Made by a program: the position numbers and the translations under genes | Notes under the pieces: generated by a model | The model's input: the letters and a program-made list of their open reading frames with translations, nothing else | Databases searched by the model: none | What the model was told of the DNA's origin: nothing | NCBI GenBank assembly: GCA_002189035.1 | Contig: NEEC01000004.1 | Location: forward strand, 3,162,001 to 3,226,000 | Source of the DNA: Utricularia gibba | Taxonomy: Eukaryota > Plantae > Magnoliophyta | Direction: 5' to 3' | DNA: 64,000 nucleotides | In this document: positions 38,464 to 52,846 of the stretch, piece by piece | How positions within the stretch are numbered: the first letter of the stretch is position 1 | How the letters are laid out: each line of letters begins with the position of its first letter

Positions 38464-41400
38464 CTATTTAACGATTACACGGGCCTCAGATTTCTCTGCT
38501 GGGCGGCTGCCTCTGCTCCCATCAGCCATGGACACTTGCCGTCGCTCAGCGCTTTCCATGTATTCATAGAGAGGCGGAAGTGAGACCTCATCTCCAGATT
38601 TTTCGGCTTGCCCTCGAATGATCTGTTTGCGGTTTGAAACATGAGACACGTAAACCGGTGGGGAGGATAGGATCAGGATCAGGATCATCGCACTCGTCAT
38701 TACCTTCGATGCCCAACGTCTCTCCGCATGTTGGCAAAAGTCCCGAATGTCACGGCCTGACATCCTGCACACAGGTGGCCGACGTGCGGCGCATTAGAAA
38801 AAGCAAAAGCTTCATCTGAGCGAACTCATAATGGGATTCTGCAACTCACCCCTCAGTAGACGCAGCAAGTTGAGCAACTTCGGATTGTTTCAGGTGCTTT
38901 GCATACTGTGCCACTATTGCTTCACGAGTTTGCCGATCAGGGAGGCCAAAAAAAATCGATGAATCGAATCGGCTGGTAGAATATGTAATAAGTTAGGCAT
39001 TGTTTCAAGATTCGACAACCAGAGAAAAAAACAAAACTGTGGTGCGCTACCTATTTAAAGCAGGATCCAGGTCTTGTTTTCTGTTGGTGGCGGCAATAAC
39101 CACTACTTGATTATCCTGCTCAAATCCATCAATCTGCGAACCAGAAAATTAGATGATCTTACATAGCACAAGCAAGCACGCGAGTTTCCAGCTCACTGAA
39201 TCACAGAATGCTAAAACCACTAAATCCTTGATCTACAATAGGAACTATTTATTCGTTCAGTATAACACTTTCCTGTAACTGCAAGTCAGTAAACAAGCAT
39301 ATCCTACCTTTCTTAACAACACAGATAGGAGTCGACGGGTGACCTCATGGGTTTCATTGTCTCTGGCAGTAGCGACAGAATCGATCTGTCATGAAAATCA
39401 AAAACATAAGAGAGATGACTAAGATCCCCTTTAAACAAAATGAATAACTATCAGCGTTAGTAATGACCTCATCTAGGAAAACAATAGCACCATTTGGGAA
39501 ATCATTAGCTAGTGAAAAAACTTTCCCCAAAAGACGTTCACTTTCGCCATAATACTTGGAAACTACAACCTCCAGCGGAACGTACAGCAGAGGGATGCCC
39601 TGCAAAGTAAGAAAAATGGTTCAAGGATGCATTATGTTTTCAATTATATGAAATGCAATGAGGCATTCACAACATTCAACGAATTAACATGGCCCTTGTG
39701 AATTTCCGCATACAACTTAACATGAGGCATTTACAGCATATTCCATGTTGAGCTCCAGGGAAGTATGCAAAAACAAAAGTGCAAGAAGTACGCTCAAGGC
39801 ATGAAATGACTACCGTTTGATCAGCTATTACACGTGCACATGATGTCTTTCCCGTACCTGGAATAGTGAACATGGATATATTTCATTACCTTTCTCCTTC
39901 CCCTTATAGAAAAATAGCTATTCACATATGAAAGAATTAGAGTCATATTATTTTATTCAAATATGAGAAAATTAGAGGCGGCAAGATCAGCCTGACAGGA
40001 GCTGGAGGAGCCACTAGTTTTTCCTACAGCATGAGTAATGATGTAATCTATAATAGTAGAGCTTGCTATAAGAAGAAACTGCAGCCGGAAAAAATAGAGT
40101 GGAAAGATTAACATTCATATTATTTGGTGACAAAGACTTTTCTAAATTTCAAAGCAGATGGAGAAGGAAGAGTTGGCAGCAAAAGTGACTGTGCAGTCAA
40201 ACAACACCTAGAGAACCACTGGTTCACCGATTTAACTTCACACACAAAAAAACATGTGGAATCGATCCAACAAAAGATAATTAGTATAAGGTTCCATCTC
40301 CTAACTCGACTTGCTGTAATTGGAAAATAGGAGGATTTTTCAAATGACCGAAGAAATGAATACATATAGAAACGCTTATAAAGATCAACACCCGGGATAG
40401 ACAAACCTGGCGGGCCTTCAAAAAGCACTGCACGAGGCCTGTTTGTTTCAAATTTACACCGAGTACCATGGGCAATATCATCATACACTTCAGGCCTTCT
40501 CAGAGCTAGTAAGATAGTATCTTCAATCTCCCTAATAAAAAGAACACAAATGATGGCTTAGTTTAAATTGGAAAGGCCACATCGTGACAAAAATGGTAAG
40601 TACTCTTGGACAAATAATCAGTACACTCATTTTAGGAAGCAAACATATGCACTCATGAACAAGAATCGACCAAAAAAAAAAAAGAAAAGAAAAGGAACCA
40701 CATGAAGATCAAGACTCGGTAGGCTGCTCTATATTTACATGCAGTGCAGAATTATATTGGAAGAGAAACTTGTTTTCATGTATTTTCAGTGGTACCGCTT
40801 TTGATAATCATATCCTGCAATATTGTCCCAAGATATATCAAAATTTGAAAATTCCTCATTCAATTGTTTACGTCCATAAACCTTGACCCCCATTCCTTCC
40901 AGACTTTCAATTGTTTTTTCCATATTTGAAATCCTTGCAGCATCTCCCCTGTATCTTATTCCAGTTCCAGTGCTGTTTCCAGCTAATCGCAGGATGCACG
41001 CCAGAGCCTCAAGCTCCTCGGTAGTAAAACTTCCCTCCTTAATGAACTCAATTTCCTGAGCATACGAACGTGATCAATTACTAGTGCCATGAATGGCAAT
41101 GTTATTGCAAGCAGCAAAAGGTATCCAATTACAGGAACATACAGCCTTTTCAGAGCTAATGAGAGGGCGGAACATCAAAACACAAAGCTCCTCGTCATTT
41201 TTGATATCTCCAACTTCAGCTCCACTGTTTGCATTCTCTTTTTTTGGGCGAGTTAGTGCCAGTTGCCAGGAAACCCCACTATTCAAAACACAAACAAATG
41301 CTGCCTCTTAAATCAGACATTCATTCACCTCAAACAAAAAAAGCTGACTGTCCTTAGGATACAATTGTAATGAAGATCAAATGAAAAGAAAAAGTTAGTA

Positions 41401-42489
41401 ACCTATCCCAAACTCTCAGGGTCATATCTGAGCCAGCAGTGTTATCTGCACTACTGACTCCAAGATGGGAAACAAGTTTGGAGATTAGTAATGGAATTTC
41501 ACAGGATGGGGGAACTTGGAACCTGAATGACACCTGTTCAGAAGCAGCTGTTAGAATGAAAGTATCCTGATATAAGAATCCCAAGATAGAACACCGGGGT
41601 AAAGCAAGCATTCAGTGATGTGTGAATTAGGGAATGCACGCGGAAAATAATCCTTCTAACCTTTCTTCCTTTAACAGCCACAGTGAAACGAGGATAAAAA
41701 TTAGTTCTTGCTCCATCTCTTCGAAGCAATTCCTCCAACCGAGCCTTCTCTCTCCTTGCGATATCCTGAAGGTCATTGATGCTCAAAGCAGGCACTGATT
41801 GTGGTGGAGGTAGATCATTTCCAAACGCAGGCAATGAAGCATTTTTTTGGCTTCCTAACAAGAGAAATCATACTATGTAATGAAATTGAAGGGATTTCTG
41901 ATTCATGCCATAGGTCAACGTTTAGTTGCAACAGTTAAGGAGGTGGAGGGAGCCAGAGACCTCTGCGCCATCAGCAAAAGCTTCATCTAACAGCCCAAAA
42001 CCAAATAAACCTGCTAAAATCGCCGGGAAAGGCAACATCCCAGCAGCTCTTGTTGCGGACTCGGATGCATTCGTATGTAGCCGCTTAAAAGATTCTAGGT
42101 GCACATAGTCATAGAATAATAGGCCACGATCAGCAAAAATTTTCATTCCAGAATCAAAGACCAGAGTAAACAACAGCAGAACCATTACTGGAAAATGTGA
42201 AACCTAAAACCTGCAGTATACACAACTTAAAAACTACGGTATACACAACCAATAACCACGGAGAGAATTTTGCAGGCGCCAACATATCGAGAGAAGCACA
42301 CTACAAAAGCTCTCAACAAAGCACCATAATCGCAATTCAAAAGAAGAACGCACCGTTTACTGAAGGTTGCGACTGCGGCAGCTGCTGCTGAACAGACGCC
42401 GAGAGGAATGGATGAGAATCACGGGCCCTTCTGAAGGATGCTGTATAGTACGGATGAATTTTTCTAGCGGCACGCCAGACGGACGTCAT
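38464..42489 (-). CDS. AAA+ ATPase (single AAA domain; N-terminus looks like an organellar targeting peptide)
   Basis: Multi-exon gene. Start MTSVWRAARKIHP; YPRFTVAVKGRK; SWDNIAGYDYQKR; RPRAVLFEGPPG/TGKTSCARVIA (Walker A split by an intron); SKYYGESERLL; AIVFLDE (Walker B); VIAATNRKQDLDPAL; MSGRDIRD; stop at 38464. The exon 2 acceptor is uncertain. Confidence 0.9.
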
Positions 42490-42799
42490 GGAGTTCACCG
42501 GGAAGTTGACGTTTTCTCGTCGGATGGCGGAGACGTTTTCGTGGTGTCGAAGTAAACTGCAGTTTCCAGATTCTGCCTTTTTCAATCGTGAATTTCGCCA
42601 GTTACTATTAGTTACTGATGCATTAAAAAAAGCCGTATTAGGTGTCTTTATCAATTTTGGGAAATCCATAAATTCACATATGCTTATTAACTTTTCCAAA
42701 ATCCAATAAATAACTTTTTCACTTTTTTTCATCTTCATTTCAAAGATTTTTTTAAATTATATATATTAATAAAATTAGAAAACTTAAATTTTACCTTTG

Positions 42800-44910
42800 A
42801 TTAAACATCTTAAAAACTTGAAATATTATACATAAGAGTAATTGAAACAACTTGAAAAATCCAATATACAAAATGTTACTTGATGTTTGAGAGAGAGAAC
42901 AACAATGCATAAATAAATCTAATGAATCATTCAGCATGATAGTTAAAAGTCTGAATGATCCTACATAAGGTTGTTCAACAACCAAGTATTTCATAATTCT
43001 AAAATAAAATGTTGGAATTTAACAGATAAACTCATGGTTCCTAAAACATAAAGAGGTTGCCTGCATTGTAAGAAAATGAGTCATTTCAAGGATCATTATT
43101 AGGAAATAAATGGTTATCTCATTGAACAGAGTAAGAAAACGACTATACACACAACTTTTTTTTTCAACAAAACAAAGGAGCATTCAACAATTTCAAATGC
43201 AAATCAAGCTAATCTTGTTGAAACTCCACAAAACACCATCAGATCGTGTTTGAGTAATGTCGAATCTCTAAATGAATCACCAAGCAATTGGAATCTCCAA
43301 TGTAATGAATTACATGACATTGCTCAAATTAGTGCACCTGGAGGTTTTTGGTATTTTAAATCCCAACGATTTATACCTATATCAAAACACCATCAGATCG
43401 TGAAAATGATGAGATAAGTGGCAAGGATCATGTAAAAAGAAAATTGGAGCACTTGATAGAAGAGGGCATCGATCCAAGAGGAAAAAAACAGTGGGTAGAT
43501 GGAAGTAAGTTACGAATATGTCATGATGGCGGCATCAAAGCATAGAAACTCTGGAGAATGAAGGGAAGAAATTGGAATTAGAATCAAGAAAATAATTTGA
43601 GGCTTGCAATAACTAAAATGGGAAGCTACAATTCATGAAGAAATCAGTTCCTTGGAAACTAATAAGGCATGGGATATAATGCAAATGAGTGTATAGGATT
43701 AAATTAAACTCAGATGTAAGCATTTCAAAAAATAAGGCTAAATTGATAATAAAGGAGTATATGTAGATTGAGAGAGTGGATTTTGTTGTGAGCTTTGTTC
43801 AATTAACCAAAACTACCACAATTATACTAGTTCTAATATTAATAGCAAAGCATTGATGGCATTTTTAACAAGTGGATATTAATAATGCAGTTTTGTGGGA
43901 ACTTGAATGAAATCATTTACATGAAACCTTCAAAAGGTTATGAAGTAAACGAAGGAGAGGCATGTCAATTAAAGAAATCAATACATGGGCTCAAATAGAT
44001 ATCTAGATATTGGTACCTTGAATTGAGTGAATTCTTAACTTAGATTTTGTTCAATCAAAATTTGTAGGAAAAGCTTGGAGACAATACAATTGTTTTATTA
44101 CTGTATGTAATAAAATATTTAAGAAATATTTTAGAATTTACGAAATGACAAACTAAATATTAAGAATTTCAATACATCTATAGATTAATGTCAAAATCTG
44201 GTACATGATAGTGAAATTGTTGATGATATTACTTGTAAAGTTCTAGTTGGTAAACTGCTATATTTGGGATTTACAAGTTTTGGCATTGCTTTTACAATGC
44301 AATAGCTAAATCAATTTATTCATTCACAATCACAAGAGCATTAGAAACTATGTATAGGGTCTTGAAATATTCGGAAGAGATCTTGAAGCTTAGTTTACAT
44401 TGTCCTTATGGGAGATAAATGGAACTTAAATCATAAACTGATGCAAATAAGGGGATTTGCATATTGACATAAAGATCATCATGTTACTGCATCTTTCTGG
44501 GTTATTGTTAGATATCATGTAAAAGTAAGAAGCAAAAAGTTATTTCTAAATCTTTTAACAAAAGCATATTATAGAAGTTTAGTCACAACAACGACAATGG
44601 AACTTATGTGACTATGTCATCTTTTAAAATATCTACACAAGTTATCAATGTTCCAAATCATTTTGGTATGATAATCGATTTTTTATTCATATAACAATGA
44701 ATTTAATACTTCATAAAAGAACAAAACACTTAAATAAGAACCATTATTTGATTAGGGACAAATACAAAGAAGGTTTCTTGTGCTTACATTTCATTCCACC
44801 AAGACAACAATTGGCAGATATATTCACGAAACCTTTACATTGTGCTCAACACAGCAACCTGACACACAACCTTAGACTTCCTCCAACTTGGAGGAGGAAT
44901 ATTGAGAAAG
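42800..44910 (+). mobile_element. Decayed Ty1/Copia remnant (integrase, RT and RNase H fragments, PPT)
   Basis: RT-like QVDINNA and RNase H end HKRTKHL..HYLIRDK..QQLADIFTKPL, followed by purine tract GGAGGAGG at ~44890; many stops. Confidence 0.75.
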
Positions 44911-45138
44911 ACAACCATTTAATGACTTTTGATTTCCCAAATTTTTGGATTTCATCCTAAGCCAAAATCGAATTGAAATTTCATATTTTCGACTTCCTGT
45001 TTCCCGTTTACAATTTGAAATCGCTGTTCATGTAGTACTTTGTTGAATTTATACAGATGGAATCCTGTTGGTGTACAGCGTAGTGGGGTGCCGCATGGCG
45101 ATGAAGGGGCAAAACTGTGTGCTCCATTACACGAACAT

Positions 45139-47733
45139 CTACACGTGGGGCTTGGGAGGATCAGCCACAGCCTTCTTTATACAATCAACTATGCCTTGGC
45201 AATCCGCCTGAGGCACAGAGCATCCCGCATCACCTTCTTCCCAAGTGTCGCCAAAATACGAGTGAGGGGAGTGAAGGTTGCCGTGCGTTTGGCAGGCCTT
45301 CATCGTCTTGCAGTGCTCGGCTTCGTCGTCTCTGATGTTGATGAACACATCGTACAGGTTCTCTGAGACAAGGAGGAAAGCATTGTGTGTTACAAAATAT
45401 GCATTTTCAGGGCCTGCTTCATAACATGTAGAACCGGAGTTACCAATCTTAGGCCGTCGAGAATTGGGAGGTCTCGATGTTTGGAATTCATCTGTAGAGG
45501 GATTTTATGCAAAAATGAGGAGCCATGGAGACGGCAGCAGCAATGCTAGAAAACTCAAAGCTGGAACTGAACTCACCAAACAAATAGAGATCTTCAGTGT
45601 AATACTTCACCGCAACTTCAGGAGCAGGCAATTTCTCCAACTTCTCTGCAGGCGAGAGAGATGATGTTAAAAGCCGCATTCCGATCATGAACTTTCCGAG
45701 TTAAAAACCATATATATAATATGTATACCTTTTTCAGCCTTGGTGAATTTGTCATAAGTTTCAAATGCATGACTCTCGACGCACTCAGAGAAATGGTCTG
45801 CATGGATAACAAAAACACTGGTTTTACATTTCTTCAAACTGGCTTATGTTAGCATCAAATTCCTACTCACATGCCATTCTTGGACTCAGAGCATACATAG
45901 CAACTGTCATCCAAAAGTAGATGAACGCAACAGACTGAGCAAGGAGTCGGTCGAACCAAAATGAATTTCCACCTAATTCCTGCATGAAAATACATGAGAC
46001 AAATCCATCATCAACTAGACCAAAAACGAGCAGCTTCACTTCGATCCAAGAAAATGGTCATAATTTAATCCAACCACCATCAGTAGACTCTCAACTGGAA
46101 ATATTAATTAGTTCTCAACACGAAAATACATACAGAAATGACAAATTGAACGTTAAAATACTCTTTAACATTCCAATGGCTACGATCTCTGAGAAAGAGG
46201 AACACCTATGACGATAAAACATGCAGTTTCTGACTTTTGTTCCTTTTCTAAAAGCATGCTGCTGAGGCATGTGAGAGGAATTTAGGGAACAACCCGATGT
46301 CTTAAAACTACCCATACTAAAACTAAAGATTCTAGATGAGACACACTTTAGCTGTATTCAGCTAACCTCTGGAGGTTATATATCATTAACGCTGCAAATA
46401 TAAATCATCAAAGTATATTGGGGGTGCCAAGATAAAAATCAAGAGATGGGGATTGCATTTCAGTAATTAATTAGTGAGACATAAAATAGAGAGAACCATG
46501 AAGATTATTACTTCCATAATAAGCAAATGATGCATCTCATTCCAGCTCTCCGCAAAATGAACTTTCAAGTAATCAGCTCTTCGCCACCATCCAAAACTCT
46601 CGTACATGTGCAGAACGGACATGAAAGCTGCCAATACAAGAACAAAGTAAAAAACCCGTATAATCCATGATCATGAAATCAGAATTCATTGGACAGCGGA
46701 AAACAACTAAAACTGAATGCAGTTTAAAATAAAATCAAGCACGAACAGCGAGGATTTTCATTTGTTCACACTTGATATCTTCATTTCTTTTCTAAGGTTG
46801 AGCAAGAAACAGAGGCACAGATGTACATAAGCATGAAGTTTCGGGCACTACTTGGAGAATATGTGTGCTGGCTTCTAGCCATGTCAAACACGAGGCATAT
46901 GAAACCAGTCAAGTGTATGCTTAAAAAAGACCTCATTATTACCAAAGTATGGAACCCTTGCTATAGTCTCGAGAACATAAAACCTTGGATAAGGACGGTC
47001 ATGGTACAGGGAATCAAGAATGGCTATCACAGAATCCTGAAATGTTAACAAGACAAGATCAGAAATATCTTTCTTACATCCGACTAAAGAGTTGAATAAA
47101 ATATACATCTATGCTGAATCATTTTAAAAACTAAAAATATGTTGCTTACTGTAAGAAAGATATTTGTAGACTGCTCTATCTTAATAACCCACTTCTCCAG
47201 ATCACTAGAAGGGGGAGAAAGGCCAGGAGCCTCTGAGGTTCCTTCGTTAGGGAAAGCTTTGGGATCAAATGACTTCTCAACAACCAGTTTCTCCTCATCT
47301 TCTTGTACCGTTGTGGCTTGAACTTTGGACAGCCTTTTTCTTTATAACCAGAAACAAAATAGTAAAACAAATTCAGAAACGCCCAGCTTAAAAAGTAAGT
47401 TTGTCATACCAATTCCCCATCCATTAAACAATAAAAAAAACATGATGTAGAACAAAAGATTAGTCTTGTACCTCCAACAACACAACTTACACATCCATGA
47501 TCCACGCAAGTAAGGAAACGGAAAAATCAACTACTAAACCAAAAGCCTGAAACTAGGTACCGATTCTGAAAGACACGTGACTGGCGATCGATTCCAATTG
47601 GGAAGCATCTTCTCCAGACCCGAGGACCCTTCACTGACGAATACGATAGCGAAGAAAAGAGCAAGTGCTTCGCGTTAGGGGAAAAGGGCGCTGGAAGGAA
47701 AACCCCCGAACCCATGCAGCTAGAAAGAGGCAT
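45139..47733 (-). CDS. PTOX: Plastid terminal oxidase (PTOX / IMMUTANS / ubiquinol oxidase 4), 9 exons, intact
   Basis: Exons 47561-47733, 47150-47339, 46943-47036, 46512-46627, 45871-45979, 45729-45797, 45577-45645, 45444-45491, 45139-45362, all GT-AG and in phase. Di-iron motifs LETIARVPYF, WNEMHHLLIME, ECVESHAFETYDKF, RDDEAEH; the 48-bp exon 8 (DEFQTSRPPNSRRPKI) is retained. Confidence 0.97.
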
Positions 47734-48070
47734 TGCCAACTCTTTCGCGTGGAGCAGAAGTCTGGGGAGACGAAGAACCTAACTCGCCAACACCTTGGGG
47801 GATGGGTCCTATATTGGAATACCGCGATATTTTTGTTTGTGGAGCACAAGACTGGGGACCGGGACAACTTGCCGCTTACTTCTCCTCTTTATTTATGAAT
47901 ATTTCTTTTTATTTCACTGAAATTATAATGTGCATCTACATATCTCCTTCTAAAACCCATACCTTCCGAATCGTAAAATTATTTTCCGTAAAACCACCCC
48001 CACCCACCTCAGTAGAATCCGATTCGTCATCTCATCTCAGTGCTGCTGATTCAGAAGAATTGTTGATTCG

Positions 48071-48072
<2 letters not shown>

Positions 48073-48100
<28 letters not shown>
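48073..48100. repeat. (AC)14 microsatellite ~340 bp upstream of the PTOX start codon
   Basis: Read directly. Confidence 0.95.
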
Positions 48101-48103
<3 letters not shown>

Positions 48104-48409
48104 AGGCGTGGCCCTGGCTGCAGGACAGACACCTTGAAATGTGGATTGGGTCGAGTAGATAGATTTTCCCGCATCACGCCATCGGAGAGTGTGGGCGATC
48201 TTCAAAGAGTAGATTTCCCCGCAACCACAGGAGCTGCTTGTGGATGTCCGTCATGTGCATCCGATAACCATACAAATGGTTTTGCTGCTAGTGCTGATTC
48301 AGACAGAGAGAGAGAGAGGCATGAACAAGAACAACCAATAAGATATTTGATTTGACGGCTGCCCATTATCCACAAAGTTTTGGATCACCAGATTTCCTTA
48401 TCAGAAACA

Positions 48410-48960
48410 GGCACGATTACCATTGAAGTTGCAACCTTCCAGATCTTTCGGATTTACTTATTCTAACTAATGTTTTTATTTTCTTCATTCGAGAACAAAT
48501 GTATATCATATCAACCAAAAGCTCAAAGTAAAAAAGGGTATGCTCTCTCCCTAGAGAATATAAAGCAAGAGGAGTACTTACCAACTTACAATTCATCATT
48601 TTAAATTTTTGAAGAATTTTAAACATGTAAGGTCTTTGATTCAAAATCACATATTTCTCCTCTTTACCTCTTTATTTCAAGAAACTTGAATTTTGAGTAT
48701 CCTACATGTTTCACCTAAATCTTTCATATCAAACTAAAAGAAAAGCTTCACCTTGAGTTGTCTTAGTTCATGAAGATTCACAATGGCAATCAACATGTCA
48801 TTAACATAAAATAAGCAACACAATAACACATTTTTGAAGAAAATGATGACATGATCTGATCAAGGATCATGTGTTGAAATGCAAAAGTCAATACTTGTCA
48901 TAAAAGAAGCAAACCTTTTATACCATTGTCTAGGGGGTTATTTGAGATTTTATAACGATT
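48410..48960 (-). pseudogene. Copia RT fragment (downstream half), continuing the fragment at 63040-63560
   Basis: PRQWYKRFASFM (~48930), LFYVNDMLIA, FDMKDLGE, ILNQRPYMFKILQKFKMMNCKLVSTPLA. Confidence 0.75.
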
Positions 48961-49386
48961 CAGCTTTGAAGACACACGAAGTTAGGGAAAATGCATGAGG
49001 AATTATCTGTTAAGTGTCATTTTATTATTATTTTTTCAATCGTTTTCTATATTTAAATATAATTAGGATAGTCAAATTATAGATTTATAATATAAGTTTT
49101 AGGTTTTATCTAAATTAGGTTAATTATCTTAATTTATGTATTTTATCTAATACTTTTATCTAATTTTGCTTAAGTTTTGTTAGGGGTGAACATTTGACAA
49201 TAAGTGTGAGAAAGTAAAAATCACATGGCAATAAAATATATCTTTCTGAATTAACATTTCTTTGATTTCCAAAAGATTGTAAATGCCTAATAAGGAGCTT
49301 TGACATGCATGTACGGGAACCGCTGACAAATAAATCATTAGTGTACTAGTTTCAGAGCAACAGATTACTTGCAAGTCACTCAAGAC

Positions 49387-50545
49387 TGATGGTAATTCTG
49401 CAAGTGCATAGAAACCGTCGAAGTAATAAAAGAAGATCGTATCCACAACGAATTGTTATTGGAATATTCTTTTCAAAACAAAGATTTAAAAAGATTGAAA
49501 ATAAAAGAAAGATTGGGTTTTGAAGACAATAAGAAAAGTGGCCTTGGATCTAAGATCCATCTTACTTGAAACTCACCCTTGAGTGTGTGCAAACTTAAAG
49601 ACTGACCTGCTTGTGCAAACTTTGGGGGTGTTATGCTAAAGTAGTGCTACTCGATGACCGTTATAGCACCGTCCCTTGTTTTGTGGGATTATGGAATCAA
49701 CCACGCCACTAGAGCCATTTCACCTCTTCTGATAACCCATGTTTTCCACACACCCAAATCTAATCCCTACACCTCTCACCTCGCAGACAGATTAGACAGA
49801 ATGTGCCTTACCAACGATGTACGATTGAGCCCTTCTCCTTAGGTGCTTGAGGCCAACCTTTGATTCTCCCACACTCCCTTAGGGCTATATGGTACTAAAG
49901 ATCACGTTGGTAAAGAAAACGTTGCAAAAAACAGAATCAGACCTCACATTAAATGCTGAAAAACATAGTAAGAGAGTCACGCGCGCAGGACTTGCGCAAG
50001 CAAGGCTTCACAACAGATCTTTAGCCGCAAGCGCTCACACGCGCATGCTTGACTCTAAACAACAAAAGTTGATGAAAAACGAAAGGAAAGAAATCCAAAG
50101 CATGCTAGACTCGACTCTAAACCTTAGATTGACTCTCTGGTTGTCCACCACTTCGACTCTCTTTAGGTCTTTGCGTTTGGATCTTTATATAATGGTGGGG
50201 ATTTGTCGAGCTTTCTTGATGGGCTCGCATCAAATCTTCTAGGATGAGATACAATTTCTCCAAGATAAGATGCGAATCTTATCTTATCCAAGAATGTTTG
50301 ACCGAGTCTTCATCTCCGGATAGACCAAATCTTAGCTTCCATCAAAATAGCTCGAAAATCCTCCAAATTATTCCAAATTCGTCCTGAAAAATCACAAAAC
50401 ACACTTTCCCTCCAAAAAGATCAAAGTGGTATGAAAGATATAAAATTCTTCTAAAAACATAAAGAAAGTGGGATAAAAAGAATGCAAAACTCATCTAAGA
50501 GAGTCCTAAAAACCACAAATATAAGTGACACAAAATCACTTATCA
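49387..50545 (-). repeat. Athila 3' LTR (1159 bp)
   Basis: Direct repeat of 60877-62036, adjacent to the PPT. Confidence 0.96.
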
Positions 50546-50559
50546 ACTCCCCCACACTT
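50546..50559 (-). other. Polypurine tract
   Basis: Minus strand AAGTGTGGGGGAGT immediately before the 3' LTR. Confidence 0.9.
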
Positions 50560-51451
50560 AAATGTTTGCTTGTCCTCAAGCAAATGTTCAAGGTATTTTC
50601 CTTCAAAATAGTAACTTGCAAATAGAGTTAAGGCAACAATATGCATAAGTTATTTAATGACATACCATACACTAGCTCCCCTTGCACGTGGCTACTCCTC
50701 ACAGGTGTCACTCAATACGCTCAAGAAGAGAAATCCATAAGAGGAGGGTAAAATGAAAAAGGTTCACTCAATACTTGAATGTAGGCGAGTCAGTAAACTT
50801 GCGCAAGTGATCCACTGGTTTCAGCAAGCTTGCGCAATCATGAGGTCTTTTTCACGGGTTGTAGCATGGCAGGAGCTTGGGACAGGTGGGAAATTCGGCT
50901 GGAGGCTCCATTTCATGAGTAATAAGGAGTGAGCATCCATCAAACAGTTATGCCATGCTTGTCCTTTGATTGTCGTATTTCAAGAAACTCCTATTTCAGT
51001 TTTGTGTCTTGTTCCAACCTTTCACCTTCTTTTCTCTCTTCTTCTCATCTTCTTCTTCTCTTTTTCCTTCTTTTTTTTTCTCCTTTTTTTTTTCAGCGAT
51101 CAACTCTCTCTTGGACAGGATGTTATTGAAAATCCTTTCATAAATTGTTGAGATAGCGCTTGATCGGTGAATTGAAAATTGCTCTCAACTTTTCTTCTTT
51201 GCAATAGAGCTCCTGGTTCTGCAACTTGCGCAAGCAAACAAACAGAACTATTTTTCAGATGCTCATTCCTTGGGTCAAGAGAAATTGATGTAGGCTATAA
51301 TTGTCAAAACGGATTTGGCTTCTAATGTGGTGATCCAAGTAAAAGGTTTCAGGCCAAGTGGGGCTCACTAAGTGGATTCAAGGTGGGATATTGGGATAAA
51401 ACAAGGAAATCCTAGTGCCTCAATCCTTTTGCACAAGACCTGCAGAATAAC

Positions 51452-52846
51452 TGATAACACACAAATTTTCATGTTTTACGATAAGAAAAATCATATATTT
51501 TAATTATGTTTAAGTGTTAATTTTATAGTTTTAAGTATTTTTATTTGATTAGGGAAAATATGATTTTTGGTGTGATTAGTGGGCTAAATCAAATTTAGCC
51601 CACCCCATGTCTAACCTGATTTTGGAGTCTAGCAACAGCCCAAGAATCAAGGAAAAATATGGATTTCGTGCAAGTCACAAGGGTGCAGAGGCAATGAGTA
51701 TATTGTCACGGCGACAGTCTGCAAGTCAGGGTCTGGAGCAACAGATCTGTCAGAGAATGTACTTGCCTTGGGAAGTGGGAGGCAAGAGAAAGCTGAAGAG
51801 AGAGAATCGCAAAAAAAGGGAGAAGAACTGAGAATTTTCGGAGAGTGCACACACGAGGGGGTTTCTCCCCCACCCCAACTGAAACACAAAGAAGAAGGAG
51901 GAAGAAAGGCGATTTTTCTGCGAAGAACCTCTAGCTTGAAGGAAGAAGATCAAGACCCAGTTCAGCGCCACTGTTCCGGCCTGTGAACAGTGGCAGACGG
52001 AATCTAGAAACTTTACTACCTTATTTTCGTTTGCTTATGTTCTTAGCTTCTGCACTAAACTTCTGCACAATGTTCTCAACATTTTCGTTATTTTAAGTTA
52101 ATACCATTACATTTTACCTTTAAAGCATGAGTAGCTAAACCCTAGAAGTGCCTTAAGGTGAAGCATGGTGGTGTGGGTCTAGAAGTCTTAGTAAAATTGA
52201 CCTTAGTTTCTTAGCTCTTGTTTCTATCAAACCATGGGTAGATTTAAGGAGGGGAACAAATAGATTCACAGCTTAGATGCTTGATTTAGAGGTAGACCAA
52301 CAAGTCAAGACGGGAGCAGAAGGTGTTAGTCCGGGGTAGAACCAGTAGAACCGGGTAGACCTAATTCTATATGCTTTGCATGCGGGTAGACCTAATTGTA
52401 AGGTTGGTGATGATATGGAGGACTAACTTAGCCGAAAATATGGTGATGACCAGGGTAGACTTAGGTTATTTGAAGTTGTGAGTATAGGAACATGGTAGAT
52501 TAAATTAGGAATTTTGGGAAACACCACCTGCAGATCCTTAAGGCACGTTAGTATTATTCTGAGACAAAACCAGTACCTGTTACTTTAGCGTTAAGACCTG
52601 ATATTGCTTACCGATCTTGTTTACCAAACTTGTTTACCACTGTTGGTCCGAGCTTAGACTAAGACTTGCCTACTTTGAATTCTGCATTTGCTGAAATACA
52701 AGACAAGCACAAGCTCCTTGTGATCGACCCCGAATTCCACTGTGCATTTTCAGTTTAATATGTATTTTGTGAGGATTAGGGACTATAAATTTATTTGATA
52801 ACGAATTTTCTATTTTTGCAACGACACTAGGAATTTCCGTTTATCA
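51452..52846 (+). mobile_element. Solo LTR (1395 bp) of a different Ty3-like family, inserted in the Athila 3' noncoding region
   Basis: TGATAACAC...GTTTATCA with perfect TSD ATAAC (51447-51451, 52847-52851); internal GGTAGA(C/T)(C/T)TAA repeats. Confidence 0.9.

Noticed and set aside
51768-51986. Charged ORF that might be an Athila env-like remnant
   Set aside because: It lies inside the nested solo LTR (51452-52846) on the opposite strand.
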